From: an archaeon
Lineage (GTDB): Archaea; Asgardarchaeota; Thorarchaeia; Thorarchaeales; Thorarchaeaceae
Reading direction: 5' to 3'
Assembly (NCBI GenBank): GCA_024276825.1
Contig: JAJRWI010000077.1
Location: 14,502 to 78,501, forward strand
Length of the DNA stretch: 64,000 bases
Within the stretch, counting starts at the first letter, position 1; every line of letters begins with the position of its first letter. Both the position numbers and the translations under genes were made by a program. Positions 10,382-19,928 of this stretch are shown here, one piece after another. The notes beneath the pieces were generated by a model that was not told the origin of the DNA, searched no databases, and saw only the letters and a list, made by a program, of their open reading frames with translations.

Positions 10382-10942
10382 ATGTCAGATCCAAGTGAAA
10401 CCACAAAGAGTATACTTAGTGAGGAGGAGCGAAAGAGACTCATCACTGAAATTGGGAATATAAAGAATATTCTTGATAGCTTCAAATATGGCCTGAACTT
10501 CGAGCAATTCGCTGATGCTTTGTTCAAGACCATTGACCGCCAGACACTGGCAATCAACAAGCTAGAGGCGCAGATGAGAGAGATCATTGAGAGAATGAAG
10601 AATCTTGAGAAACGATTCGATGAAGGTATTAGAGTCACAGTTTCTGGAGCTGTGAGTGCCGAAGGTGGTATTGAACCAACAGAAGTGATAATTGGCGACA
10701 AGGCAGAAGAAAAGGCAAAAGAAGAACCAACTACTCCTCCTGATATTGAAGTCATCAAAAAAGAGATAGAAGAGCTGAAAATCAAAATTGCCAAGCTGTT
10801 CGAGAAGGAGAATGAACTCACTGAGATGGCCATGAATGACCCGGCAGCAGCCGATGAGTATGAAGAGAAAGCAAGAGTTGCTCGTGAAATGAGAGTTGAA
10901 CTGGAGGCCAAGAAAAAAGAATTGGAGGACAAACTGCAATAG
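10382..10942 (+). CDS. Coiled-coil protein (186 aa). Its start is 1 nt after the GTPase stop.
   Basis: Charged heptad-rich sequence with a K/E-rich C-terminal half. Translationally coupled to the upstream GTPase gene. Confidence 0.6.
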   Translation: MSDPSETTKSILSEEERKRLITEIGNIKNILDSFKYGLNFEQFADALFKTIDRQTLAINKLEAQMREIIERMKNLEKRFDEGIRVTVSGAVSAEGGIEPTEVIIGDKAEEKAKEEPTTPPDIEVIKKEIEELKIKIAKLFEKENELTEMAMNDPAAADEYEEKARVAREMRVELEAKKKELEDKLQ

Positions 10943-10957
10943 CAATTGAGGTGATCA

Positions 10958-11305
10958 ATGAAAATGGGAATTTTCGATAAATGGAGAAGGAAGAAGCACA
11001 GAGCTGAAATGAGTGGTACTAAAGTGCCTGCACCACGACCAATTTCTGCAAGGGAAATGAGTTCTGAAGTGCAGGCGGAGATAGTCAGTCTTGTTGCTGA
11101 ATATGAGCAATTGTACAAGCGACGATCAGAACTTCAAGCTGAAAGAAGCGAATTGACTGAGCGCCTGGACCGCGGTGAATTGACCGCAATTGAATTCAGG
11201 AAACTTCTGATGGAGAAGATTCAGGAAGCCGCACAAGTGGCAGAGAGCTTAAAAGCAACAGCTGCTCGGTTGACAGAACTCGGCTATCGTGGAGTACTTC
11301 GCTGA
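10958..11305 (+). CDS. Small coiled-coil protein (115 aa).
   Basis: A GAGGTGA Shine-Dalgarno sits 6 nt upstream. Basic N-terminus followed by a predicted long helix. Same operon orientation. Confidence 0.55.
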   Translation: MKMGIFDKWRRKKHRAEMSGTKVPAPRPISAREMSSEVQAEIVSLVAEYEQLYKRRSELQAERSELTERLDRGELTAIEFRKLLMEKIQEAAQVAESLKATAARLTELGYRGVLR

Positions 11306-12695
11306 GGTGGGAACGCTGTCCAGGCGTGAAGATGAAGAACCCGAGACCCCCTCTGATATTGAGGAAAGGACTCGTCAGCTAATGGAGAAAGCATTAGGCA
11401 CCTCTGAATCGACAGATGTGCATGATGAAGGAGCCCCATTAGCACCAAGCACATCTCTCGCGGGACAGATATCTGAAACTTTTTTCAGGATTCAGATTCG
11501 CATGGAAGATCTCATCTCATCGATTGAAGACTCGATTAGGTCTATAGAACCTGAGATCAACGAGTCCCTAAAGAGCACGATTGAATCCATTTCTGAGCGG
11601 TTAAGGCGTGAGGCAGGTCTTGGTGTGTTCACAAGCAAGACAGTGAAAATTGTAAGAGAAGAGCTGGAAAAGGCCCTCTCCGTAGAGGCAGTTCATAAGG
11701 GCCTATTTGCTGCTCTTGCTGAAAGCCGTGAACAGGTGCGTGACATAATTCAAAAAACCAGCCGCGGTTCAATTCGTGAAATTGACAGACGCATTAGCAC
11801 ATTACAATCGAAAATTGTTCATGTTTATGCCAGACTGAACGAGCGAGAGCAAGAGATTGACAAGTTAAGATCAACAATAACCGAGCTTCGCAGCAAGATT
11901 TCCGAGATGAATGACATAATCGCACGTAAGGACAAAGAGATGGCTGAATATGTTAAACGACTTGACTCATTATTAGCAACCAGAGACCAATTGGCTGCAA
12001 AACTTGTCGAACAAGACTCCACCATATCCTCATTAACTGGACAGCTCAAGCAAGCAAGCTCTGAGATATTGCAATTGAAGACAATGATTGAGAAGATGGA
12101 CTCTGCTGAGGAGCTTGTTGTCGAATATGAAAACATGACAAAGACACTATCTGAATTGCAGGGACGCTTGGCTGAACTTCAGGAAACCCTCAAGCAGAAA
12201 GACATGACTATTGACGAGCTAAGCGAAACAATTAAGGAGTTCAATGCCGAGAGATCTGAACTTCAGTCACGTGTGCAAGAATTGGATGAAGAGGTCTCAC
12301 AGCTTCGTGGTGCCAAAGAGGGCTTGCTGTTAGAGATCGAAACCCTCAGGCGAAAGATTGCTGAACTTCAGGCACGTTGGGAACTATTATATCAAGTGGC
12401 TGAGGAAAGCCCTGCTTTCAGAGCATATTTTGTGGTCGCTGATAAGGAACACTGGTTTCCCCTATCTCACCTGTCTTCAGCACTGGGCATTCCTGTTGTG
12501 CGACTGAAACAACAATTAGAACGATTCATAGAAGTTGGTCTCTTAGAGATTGATGGCGACCGCATCCGCCCGAAAAAGCTCACTGAGGTTGTCAAAGAGG
12601 TCTTGGACCAGGATGAAAGGGTCCTTTCAGAGGCGAGGGGGGACTTGGGCATGGGGGATGACACCAATAATGAACAATCAGACAACGATACATGA
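11289..12695 (+). CDS. Long coiled-coil protein (~460 aa) with a C-terminal winged-helix-like domain ending in ...GLLEIDGDRIRPKK. The start is uncertain (GTG at 11289 or GTG at 11307).
   Basis: An acidic N-terminus is followed by roughly 300 aa of heptad-rich sequence (LQSKIVHVYARLNEREQEIDKLRSTITELRSKISEMNDIIARKDKEMAEY...). The C-terminal segment looks like a winged helix. It overlaps the previous gene by 17 nt, or starts 1 nt after its TGA stop if GTG 11307 is used. Confidence 0.6.
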   Translation: MEYFAEVGTLSRREDEEPETPSDIEERTRQLMEKALGTSESTDVHDEGAPLAPSTSLAGQISETFFRIQIRMEDLISSIEDSIRSIEPEINESLKSTIESISERLRREAGLGVFTSKTVKIVREELEKALSVEAVHKGLFAALAESREQVRDIIQKTSRGSIREIDRRISTLQSKIVHVYARLNEREQEIDKLRSTITELRSKISEMNDIIARKDKEMAEYVKRLDSLLATRDQLAAKLVEQDSTISSLTGQLKQASSEILQLKTMIEKMDSAEELVVEYENMTKTLSELQGRLAELQETLKQKDMTIDELSETIKEFNAERSELQSRVQELDEEVSQLRGAKEGLLLEIETLRRKIAELQARWELLYQVAEESPAFRAYFVVADKEHWFPLSHLSSALGIPVVRLKQQLERFIEVGLLEIDGDRIRPKKLTEVVKEVLDQDERVLSEARGDLGMGDDTNNEQSDNDT

Positions 12696-12720
12696 ATAAC
12701 TAACTGGTAGGTGCATTGAA

Positions 12721-13062
12721 TTGGCAAGATCACTTGACGAAGTAATGAGGTTCCTAGAAAACTATACACTGGCTTGGCATCATTGGCTAATGATTCTAGC
12801 TTTGTTGAAATTGGGGGGTGCAGCGACCAAGGCGCAGATCTTCCCGGTGTACAAGAAGGAGGGCTTTTCTCCTCATGCAATTGAGGATGTGTTTCGCAGA
12901 GATTTGATAGAGCTTGGCGAAGCAATAGATATTGATGGCGACATAGACACTCTTCAAGACTCAACAATGATTTATCTTAGTGATAATCCCAAGTTTCAAC
13001 GGTTCATAAAGAAACATCTGAAGTCGGTGGTCCGAACTCTAAAGATGCAGAGACCGAACTGA
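12721..13062 (+). CDS. Small winged-helix-like protein (113 aa), paralogous to the C-terminal module of the 11289-12695 protein.
   Basis: It shares the motif ...LIELGEAIDIDGDIDTL with ...EVGLLEIDGDRIRP in the preceding protein. TTG start at 12721, or ATG at 12745. Confidence 0.45.
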   Translation: MARSLDEVMRFLENYTLAWHHWLMILALLKLGGAATKAQIFPVYKKEGFSPHAIEDVFRRDLIELGEAIDIDGDIDTLQDSTMIYLSDNPKFQRFIKKHLKSVVRTLKMQRPN

Positions 13063-13108
13063 GTCCTGTTCGTAAATCTTTTGAACACATCTATCCTGAT
13101 ACGCATGG

Positions 13109-13447
13109 TTGAGCATATTGAGCGTTAGAGCATCAGTTTGCAGTTCATGTGATCGGGCCATTGTGCCCCCTCGAAAAATATGTCCCTACTGCGGGCCTTC
13201 TGTTGAACCAATGAGAACAATAACCCTGGATGGTAAAGGTAAAGTCCTTAGTCATACTACTCTACATATGCCACCCGCTGGCTTTAAGGCCCCACTCCAT
13301 CTTGCTCTTGTTGTTCTAGAACACAATGCAATTGTCTTATGCCATGCTCTAAACGAGTCTGATGCCATGATTAAGATTGGTGACCGCGTTCAAGTTACAA
13401 CAGGCGAAAAGGAACTTCTCTACTATACGAAGATCAGACCTCTTTGA
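13109..13447 (+). CDS. DUF35-family Zn-ribbon + OB-fold protein, the short form of the thiolase/acyl-CoA-enzyme partner.
   Basis: Contains C-x2-C ... C-x2-C (CSSCD...CPYCG) followed by an OB-fold-like beta region. Paralogs at 39219-39875 and 59489-59887 sit next to thiolases. Confidence 0.6.
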   Translation: MSILSVRASVCSSCDRAIVPPRKICPYCGPSVEPMRTITLDGKGKVLSHTTLHMPPAGFKAPLHLALVVLEHNAIVLCHALNESDAMIKIGDRVQVTTGEKELLYYTKIRPL

Positions 13448-13509
13448 ATCGCAACTATAAGCAACTGTTTCATGAGCTACTAATTTAAGGTAGAATTTCT
13501 GAGGATGAG

Positions 13510-14694
13510 TTGGTGTCAGATCAAATGGACTACTTGTCAACGGTTCTTTGGACGGATGAAGAGTTAGAGTTTAGAAATGAAGTTCGTGCCTTCTGCGAGA
13601 AAGAGATTGCTCCGATTGCTGACGAACTTGATAAAGGCCCCTATCCCCGTGAACTGATCCGCAAGATTGGACAGGCTGGATATATGGGGGTTCATCACTC
13701 AAAAGAGGCAGGTGGCTCTCAGAAAGGCCTCTCCTATGAGATTATTGTGGCTGAAGAGATATCTGCCGTGAATCCCGGACTGGACATGGCCAGAATGGCA
13801 TCCACAACTCTCTATGGTATGCCAATAAGCAAGTTCGGGACCGAGGAGCAGAAAAAGAAATACCTTCTTCCCATCGTGAACGGAGAAAAGATAGGGTGTA
13901 TTGGCATCACCGAGCCAGATGTTGGTTCGGACACCGCTGGAATGAAGACCCGTGCTGAGAAGGATGGCGATGAATGGGTCATCAATGGAGAGAAACGGTT
14001 TATCACAAATGGCAGTCAGGCTGATTACATGTGCTGCTTTGCTATCACTGATCCTACGGTGAAATCGAAGCAGGGGATGACCGCATTCATTGTGGATACA
14101 AAGACTGATGGGTTCAGTGTGGTCAAGGATCATGACCTTATGGGTATGAAGTCCGCAAGGGTTTCATGGCTGAAACTTGAGAATGTCAGGGTGCCACCTG
14201 GAATGGTCTTGGGCGAGCCTGGTCAGGGGTTTCAAATCCTCATGGATGAACTTGATAGTGAGAGGACGGCAATTGCCGCCGAGGCTATTGGATATGGCCG
14301 CACACCATTTGAAGTTGCTGTAAAGTATTCAAATGAACGGGTTCAATTTGGAAGACCCATAAGAGCGTTTGAGGGTGTCAGTTTCAAGATTGCTGATATG
14401 TACATGAAGCTTGAAGCTGCTCGCGCACTGACCCTAACTGCCGCAAGAATGTATGATAAGGGATTGAAGATCACCAAACAGGCTTCTATTGCCAAACTCT
14501 ATGCCACCGAGGCTGCCATTCAGATCACCAATGATGCTCTTCAAGTACTTGGAGGTATGGGCTACACCACAGAATATCCCGTTGAACGCTTTCTAAGGGA
14601 TGCCCGCCTAATGACAATTGGTGGTGGGACCGCTGAGATTTTGCGGTTCTTGATTCAGAGAGAGATCTTCAAGGAATTCTTCCCTAAAAAATAG
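13510..14694 (+). CDS. Acyl-CoA dehydrogenase.
   Basis: Typical ACAD length and motifs (GITEPDVGSD, FITNG, ...GGMGYTTEYPVERFLRDARLMTIGGGTAEI). The likely true start is the ATG at 13525 (MDYLSTV...). Confidence 0.85.
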   Translation: MVSDQMDYLSTVLWTDEELEFRNEVRAFCEKEIAPIADELDKGPYPRELIRKIGQAGYMGVHHSKEAGGSQKGLSYEIIVAEEISAVNPGLDMARMASTTLYGMPISKFGTEEQKKKYLLPIVNGEKIGCIGITEPDVGSDTAGMKTRAEKDGDEWVINGEKRFITNGSQADYMCCFAITDPTVKSKQGMTAFIVDTKTDGFSVVKDHDLMGMKSARVSWLKLENVRVPPGMVLGEPGQGFQILMDELDSERTAIAAEAIGYGRTPFEVAVKYSNERVQFGRPIRAFEGVSFKIADMYMKLEAARALTLTAARMYDKGLKITKQASIAKLYATEAAIQITNDALQVLGGMGYTTEYPVERFLRDARLMTIGGGTAEILRFLIQREIFKEFFPKK

Positions 14695-14725
14695 AGGGTG
14701 ATGAGGAGGAAACTCCCTCCTCATT

Positions 14726-16528
14726 TTAGTCTATTGAGAAAGCTATTATTCTATATACATCTCCTACAATCTGGATTGTAGCTGTAAACGAGTCTCCCAC
14801 GCTAGCATTTAGCAGCTCATACCAGTCATTCACATCCATCCAGGCTTGAGCTCCCTCTATCCATTCATAGGTCGAATTATCTGTGCGGATGACGATGTGA
14901 GTGTTTCCATCTGACACATAGGATGCTTTGTTCAGAATTGTTGCATTCAATTGAATTGTATCTGTTGGTTCTTCCACTTCAATACCAAGCGCATTTCTTA
15001 CTTCTTGGATGTATGCCTCACGTACAGCCTGAACAAGACTTGCACCCACAAGGTTTCCCTGAGCCTGTAGAGCTGCATTAATGGTCACATCCTTTGCATC
15101 TGCAATGCCTAACGAATAGAGTCGAATGTCTGTGATGTACCACTCCTCGGTGTCTGAGTTATATTGTGTGTTCCACCAGTAGATTGGGCAATACCATGCC
15201 ATACGCGTGTATGTCGAATTGATCTGCACTGGATATATCAATGGCATGGCTCCAAAATAGCTGCCCTCAACAGGATCTGGATATTCCTTGATCACCTGAT
15301 TGATAGCAGCCTCTCCACTTGCATAGCCCAGATCGCTGAGGTCGTGGAAATAGACCCCATCTTTCGTTCCTCTTAGCATTCCACTTAGAGTGAGACTCGA
15401 AGCGCCAGGCGGATGCACTGCTATCATCGCCTCCACACGATTTGTGTCAGGGTTGACGATGTATCTTGTGTCCTCTGTCATTATCAATCGATCATTTGAG
15501 GGAGGAATCATCCAGAGGAATCCACCTGCAAACAGGTCAAAACCATCATCGCGGCGGTATCCGCCCCATCGATTGACCTGGCGCTCAAGCCATTCCTCGC
15601 TATATGCCTGAGTGATCCAGTTCGGGGTTTCTTCAATTGTGGCATAGGTCCTTATAGTACCATTTTGGCAGTACACCTTGGGACCAATAGGTCTCTCTAC
15701 AAAGTCCCAGCCAAGAACTGTTCTTGTTTGCACATACACAAGATTGCCTATAGGGTCCCATGTTGGGTATGCATACTCATAGGCGCTTGTCATGTCTTCA
15801 AGATAATTGCCAAACTGGATGTTCTTATCCCACCAGAGCCCTTCACCCACAGGTATCTGAATGTCGGTGATCACTTCAACCTGAGTCGGATCATTGGCAT
15901 CAACCACAATGAGTGCTTTGATGAAGTTCTCTGAGAGTACATTTGTTGAAACCACTACGCAGACCCATACTAATCGCCCATTTCGTGTTGTAATATGTGC
16001 TGCTGCAATATCGATATTGGACCCAATACTGGCAAAATGGCTTCTAGCAACAAACATGGCATACTCGCTGGTCACCAGCCTGACCATGTTGTCTGGAATT
16101 GGCGTGTTGAATAATGGATCGTCAGTTTGAATCACAAATGAATCAAAGGTTTCAGCGTTTGATAGATCGGATGTCCATGTTATAAGGCCCGAGAGTGTCG
16201 GCATAACAAGGATGATTAAGAGTCCAATGCACATGGCTGGTGTGCGAATTCCCTGCCTGATACTATCAAGGTCGTGTGGTCTGATGCCACCCCCGAATAG
16301 TAATAGCAGACCAAAGCTTGTGATAAGTGAGATTATTGCCCATGGCAGCACCTGCATTGTAAAAATACAGATAAACAACCATGTTGCAGTTCCCCAAACA
16401 AGTCTTAATGGCAACCACTTGAACAGTCTTTTGAACTTGAACATCTCTGTATTGAAAGGAATGGGTATTGCGAAAAATACCAGGGTAACTAGTAGGAACA
16501 GTATCACATTCAATCCTATGGTCTCCAC
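14726..16528 (-). CDS. Hypothetical membrane protein with 4-5 N-terminal TM helices and a large (~430 aa) extracytoplasmic domain.
   Basis: The N-terminus is hydrophobic and the remainder is hydrophilic with NxS/T sequons. No recognisable catalytic motif. Confidence 0.5.
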   Translation of the reverse strand: METIGLNVILFLLVTLVFFAIPIPFNTEMFKFKRLFKWLPLRLVWGTATWLFICIFTMQVLPWAIISLITSFGLLLLFGGGIRPHDLDSIRQGIRTPAMCIGLLIILVMPTLSGLITWTSDLSNAETFDSFVIQTDDPLFNTPIPDNMVRLVTSEYAMFVARSHFASIGSNIDIAAAHITTRNGRLVWVCVVVSTNVLSENFIKALIVVDANDPTQVEVITDIQIPVGEGLWWDKNIQFGNYLEDMTSAYEYAYPTWDPIGNLVYVQTRTVLGWDFVERPIGPKVYCQNGTIRTYATIEETPNWITQAYSEEWLERQVNRWGGYRRDDGFDLFAGGFLWMIPPSNDRLIMTEDTRYIVNPDTNRVEAMIAVHPPGASSLTLSGMLRGTKDGVYFHDLSDLGYASGEAAINQVIKEYPDPVEGSYFGAMPLIYPVQINSTYTRMAWYCPIYWWNTQYNSDTEEWYITDIRLYSLGIADAKDVTINAALQAQGNLVGASLVQAVREAYIQEVRNALGIEVEEPTDTIQLNATILNKASYVSDGNTHIVIRTDNSTYEWIEGAQAWMDVNDWYELLNASVGDSFTATIQIVGDVYRIIAFSID

Positions 16529-16590
16529 AAATTATTATTCTAAAATCTCTTCATGTGCTTTTATCATTTTGCCAAACAGTCTGCTTAAGA

Positions 16591-17100
16591 TTAATTGACT
16601 CGATGGTTTTTATAATATTGAATGGCCCCTCCTGCTCTTAGAATGTCCATCATGAACGCTGGAATTGGCATAAACTTGATGAGTTCTCCTGTGTCCGTAA
16701 TTTTGACTTGACCATCTTTTAGGAACACAGTTAACTGTTGACCATCAACTATCCTCTCTGTCGCGTTCTTTATCTCAATGACAGGTAGTCCAACATTGAT
16801 GGCATTCCTGTAGAAAATCCTTGCAAATGACTCAGCAGCAATGCATCCCACTCCCAAAATGGTGAGGATCATTGGTGCCTCCTCTCTTGAAGAGCCTCCT
16901 CCAAAGTTCCTTCCTGCGATAATAATATCATTCTCCTTCACATTCTGGGCAAACTCGGGCCTTGGTATTTCTAGAGCATGCTTGGCCATCTCCTCATAAT
17001 CCAGTAGATTAAGATGTTGACCCTGAATGATTTGATCGGTGTCAATGTTATCGCCCAACACCCAGGCCCGGCCAGTAATTATTTCAGAGAATGCTCGCAT
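16591..17100 (-). CDS. leuD: 3-isopropylmalate/homoaconitate dehydratase small subunit (LeuD family).
   Basis: Motifs GDNIDTDQII and GRNFGGGSSREEAP. Length 169 aa. It lies immediately downstream of leuC. Confidence 0.85.
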   Translation of the reverse strand: MRAFSEIITGRAWVLGDNIDTDQIIQGQHLNLLDYEEMAKHALEIPRPEFAQNVKENDIIIAGRNFGGGSSREEAPMILTILGVGCIAAESFARIFYRNAINVGLPVIEIKNATERIVDGQQLTVFLKDGQVKITDTGELIKFMPIPAFMMDILRAGGAIQYYKNHRVN

Positions 17101-17104
17101 AAGA

Positions 17105-18367
17105 CTAGAACCCCCTCGGATCCGTGATTCTCCCCATTATTGCACTTGCTGCGACAGTTGCTGGTGATGATAGATAAATCCTCGAGTCCGGATGACCCAT
17201 TCGACCCCTGAAGTTCCTGTTGGTACTTGTAATAGCGACCTCATTGGGACCTAGTATTCCCAGGTGCCCACCCACGCAGGCCCCACATGTGGGATTAGTG
17301 ACAATTGCTCCGGCTTGGATAAAAGTCTCAATAAAGCCCATATTAAGAGCAGCTTTGTAGGTTTCCATGCTGGCAGGGGTGATGATAAAGCGTACTCCCT
17401 CCTTGACTTTATGTCCCTTCATTATCATTGCAGCAATCTGGAGGTCCTCAAATCTCCCGTTTGTGCAAGAGCCCAAGAATGCTTGGTCAATCTCAACATC
17501 AACCTCAGTCACTGGTCTTCCATTTGCAGGGCTGTGTGGTGTTGCAATCATGGGTTCTACAGGGTCCGTATCCAGATCATAGGTTATCATCTCTACGTAC
17601 TCGGCAGTTGGATCTGGGTCAACCCGGGTCCAATGAGCCTCCCGTGCTCTGAGGCTTAGCCAGTCTTCCACCTGCTTGTTTACAGTCATGAGACCTGCCT
17701 TGGCACCTGCTTCAACAGACATATTGCACATTGTTGCCCTTGAGGCCACAGTCATCTTATCAACCACTGGCCCATGAAACTCAATGGCTTTGTAGTTCGC
17801 TCCATCCGGGCCAAGGTCTGCAATAATCTTGAGAATTAGATCTTTGCTCATTACCATCTCTGCAAGCTCGCCATCAATGTTGATTCTCATTGACTCAGGC
17901 ACTTTGAACCAATTCTTGCCTGTGGCAAGAACTATTGCACTATCCGTAGCCGCAAGTCCTGTTGAAAATGCATTCATGGCACCATAACTAGTTGTATGGC
18001 TGTCAGAGCCAATTATCAGGTCACCAGGCTTTGCAAGCCCCCATTCGATCAAGACCTGATGAGACACGCCGCAATTCACATCGCAAAAGTACTTGATACC
18101 ATGCCTCTTGACAAACTCTCTGTTTCTTTGATGGATTATTGCACTCTGTATGTTGGGTGCAGGCGCCCAATGATCATTGACGACCATAATTCTATTGGGG
18201 TCCCATACAGAATCTGTTTCCATCTCCTGCAATATATCAATGATTCTTGAGCCAAGCACCTCGTGGACCATAATAAAGTCAACAGATGCTTGAACGATCT
18301 CTCCAGCATCTGCCCTACCATTCTCCGTATGTCTGGCAAGAATTTTCTCAGCCATTGTCTTGCTCAT
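17105..18367 (-). CDS. leuC: 3-isopropylmalate/homoaconitate dehydratase large subunit (aconitase family, LeuC).
   Basis: The N-terminus reads MAEKILARH...DFIMVHEVLG. It contains the aconitase-family Cys ligand region (GSCTNGR, TCGACVG). Length 420 aa. Confidence 0.85.
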   Translation of the reverse strand: MSKTMAEKILARHTENGRADAGEIVQASVDFIMVHEVLGSRIIDILQEMETDSVWDPNRIMVVNDHWAPAPNIQSAIIHQRNREFVKRHGIKYFCDVNCGVSHQVLIEWGLAKPGDLIIGSDSHTTSYGAMNAFSTGLAATDSAIVLATGKNWFKVPESMRINIDGELAEMVMSKDLILKIIADLGPDGANYKAIEFHGPVVDKMTVASRATMCNMSVEAGAKAGLMTVNKQVEDWLSLRAREAHWTRVDPDPTAEYVEMITYDLDTDPVEPMIATPHSPANGRPVTEVDVEIDQAFLGSCTNGRFEDLQIAAMIMKGHKVKEGVRFIITPASMETYKAALNMGFIETFIQAGAIVTNPTCGACVGGHLGILGPNEVAITSTNRNFRGRMGHPDSRIYLSSPATVAASAIMGRITDPRGF

Positions 18368-18370
18368 GTC

Positions 18371-19534
18371 CTAGCTCTCCTGACTTTCTATCACTTTGAT
18401 GATCTCATCAGTGACCTCTACTGTTGTGGACGGCTCAATCCTACTCCACTGCTGTATGCACAAGTCGTATGTTCGCACTCTACTCTCACGTAAGACCTCT
18501 GCAACAGCGTTCTGTATGACATTCGAAATTGCAATTGCCTTTTTATCGTCATGCCTTATTCCTAACCAGTCCATCATCATGCTTCCTGCTAAAATTGCAG
18601 CAATTGGATTTGCCCTGTTCTGACCATAATGCTTTGGTGCCGACCCATGCACTGGTTCGAACACACCATGATGGTCTCCTATGTTTCCCGCAGGGGCCAT
18701 GCCCAATCCTCCCTGAATTGCACCACCAAGGTCCGTTATTATGTCTCCAAACTCATTGGGTGCGACAACAACATCATAGAACTCTGGCTTCTTTAAGGCC
18801 CACTGAGTCCAAGCGTCCACGTATGCATAATCTCTCTCTATTTTCGGATACTCATTGCCAAGTTCATCAAACACGTCACGGAACAACTGACATCCTGCCA
18901 ATAGATTGCTCTTATCAACACAGGTCACTCTTCTCTTACCATCCACAGGTGCTCCATCCCTCTTCAGTGCGGTTTCATAGGCATATCTTATGACTCGAGT
19001 AGCCCCTTTTCTTGTGATAACTCTCAGGTCAACAGCAGTGTCCTTTACACCCTCTCTAATCAGAGTGCCCCGAGCAGGAGTATAGAGCCCCTCCGTATTC
19101 TCTCTGATGATCACCATATCGATATCCTTGTGAGTCTTGTCCGCGAGAGGTGTGGGCACTCCCTCATATAACTTGACAGGTCTCACATTGGCATAGAGCT
19201 CCAGTGATAGCCTTAATCCGATGACCACATTATATCCTGCTAGATTATTGTCTGGAAGCCGAACATCCCTTCCATCAGAATCAACGGCACCAATTGCCCC
19301 CAAGAGCACTGCATCTGCCTCTTCCTTTGCAAATTGCTCGGCCTCTTTTGACCATTCTCTACCAGTCTTGAGATAGTATTCTCCGCCACATTCAAACTCA
19401 ATGATCTCAAACTCAATGCCTCCAACTTGGCTGGCTGCACTCTTTAAGACCCTTATTGCCTCAGGCACAACCTCTCTACCTATTCCATCACCTGGAAGGA
19501 CCGAGATCTTATACTTGCGGGCCATCATCTTCAC
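18371..19534 (-). CDS. leuB: 3-isopropylmalate dehydrogenase / homoisocitrate dehydrogenase family.
   Basis: N-terminal KISVLPGDGIGREV. Typical beta-decarboxylating dehydrogenase length. It is the first enzyme gene of the leuB-leuC-leuD operon. Confidence 0.85.
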   Translation of the reverse strand: MKMMARKYKISVLPGDGIGREVVPEAIRVLKSAASQVGGIEFEIIEFECGGEYYLKTGREWSKEAEQFAKEEADAVLLGAIGAVDSDGRDVRLPDNNLAGYNVVIGLRLSLELYANVRPVKLYEGVPTPLADKTHKDIDMVIIRENTEGLYTPARGTLIREGVKDTAVDLRVITRKGATRVIRYAYETALKRDGAPVDGKRRVTCVDKSNLLAGCQLFRDVFDELGNEYPKIERDYAYVDAWTQWALKKPEFYDVVVAPNEFGDIITDLGGAIQGGLGMAPAGNIGDHHGVFEPVHGSAPKHYGQNRANPIAAILAGSMMMDWLGIRHDDKKAIAISNVIQNAVAEVLRESRVRTYDLCIQQWSRIEPSTTVEVTDEIIKVIESQES

Positions 19535-19873
19535 CTAATAGCTTCCCAGCCAACCCAAGTCATTGCCCTTGTCATCAATAATACTGACCATGGTGTCATA
19601 TCGTTTGCCATCTACATATCTCACTCGTTGACGAATGGTGAATTGTCTATGGCACTTGTTGCACTTGACCAGCCAGTATTCAACAACAACCTCCAGACTC
19701 TTGCCCTTGATTCTCGGAGGTTCCTTCTTCACACTAATCAGAGTCAATTCTTTCCCATCACAAGCATAAGTGCACTCCTTTAGCGGAATTCCCTCCATTC
19801 CCCTCCGTCCGAGAGCCACGAAAACATTATCGGGCAAATCGTCGAGTGTTAGTTCATTATCCATTAACAACAC
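19535..19873 (-). CDS. Small hypothetical protein (112 aa) with a C-x-C...C-x2-C motif. Its 3' end abuts the leuB start.
   Basis: ORF with Cys residues (CTYACDG ... CNKCH). No family recognised. Confidence 0.4.
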   Translation of the reverse strand: MLLMDNELTLDDLPDNVFVALGRRGMEGIPLKECTYACDGKELTLISVKKEPPRIKGKSLEVVVEYWLVKCNKCHRQFTIRQRVRYVDGKRYDTMVSIIDDKGNDLGWLGSY

Positions 19874-19928
19874 CTAATTTGCATTCTACACCACTACGAA
19901 TAAATGAGTTGGTTGGACGAAATTACTC

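Noticed and set aside
10318-11118. 266-aa minus-strand ORF overlapping the coiled-coil operon.
   Set aside because: It is antisense to three tightly spaced same-strand genes. Its Ser/Leu/Phe-rich composition is typical of reverse-frame reading through K/E-rich coiled-coil codons.
13699-14133. 144-aa minus-strand ORF inside the acyl-CoA dehydrogenase gene. Similar internal antisense ORFs are at 17264-17659, 18529-18993, 30121-30507 and 56745-57173.
   Set aside because: They are entirely contained within well-supported conserved enzyme genes on the opposite strand. No motifs.
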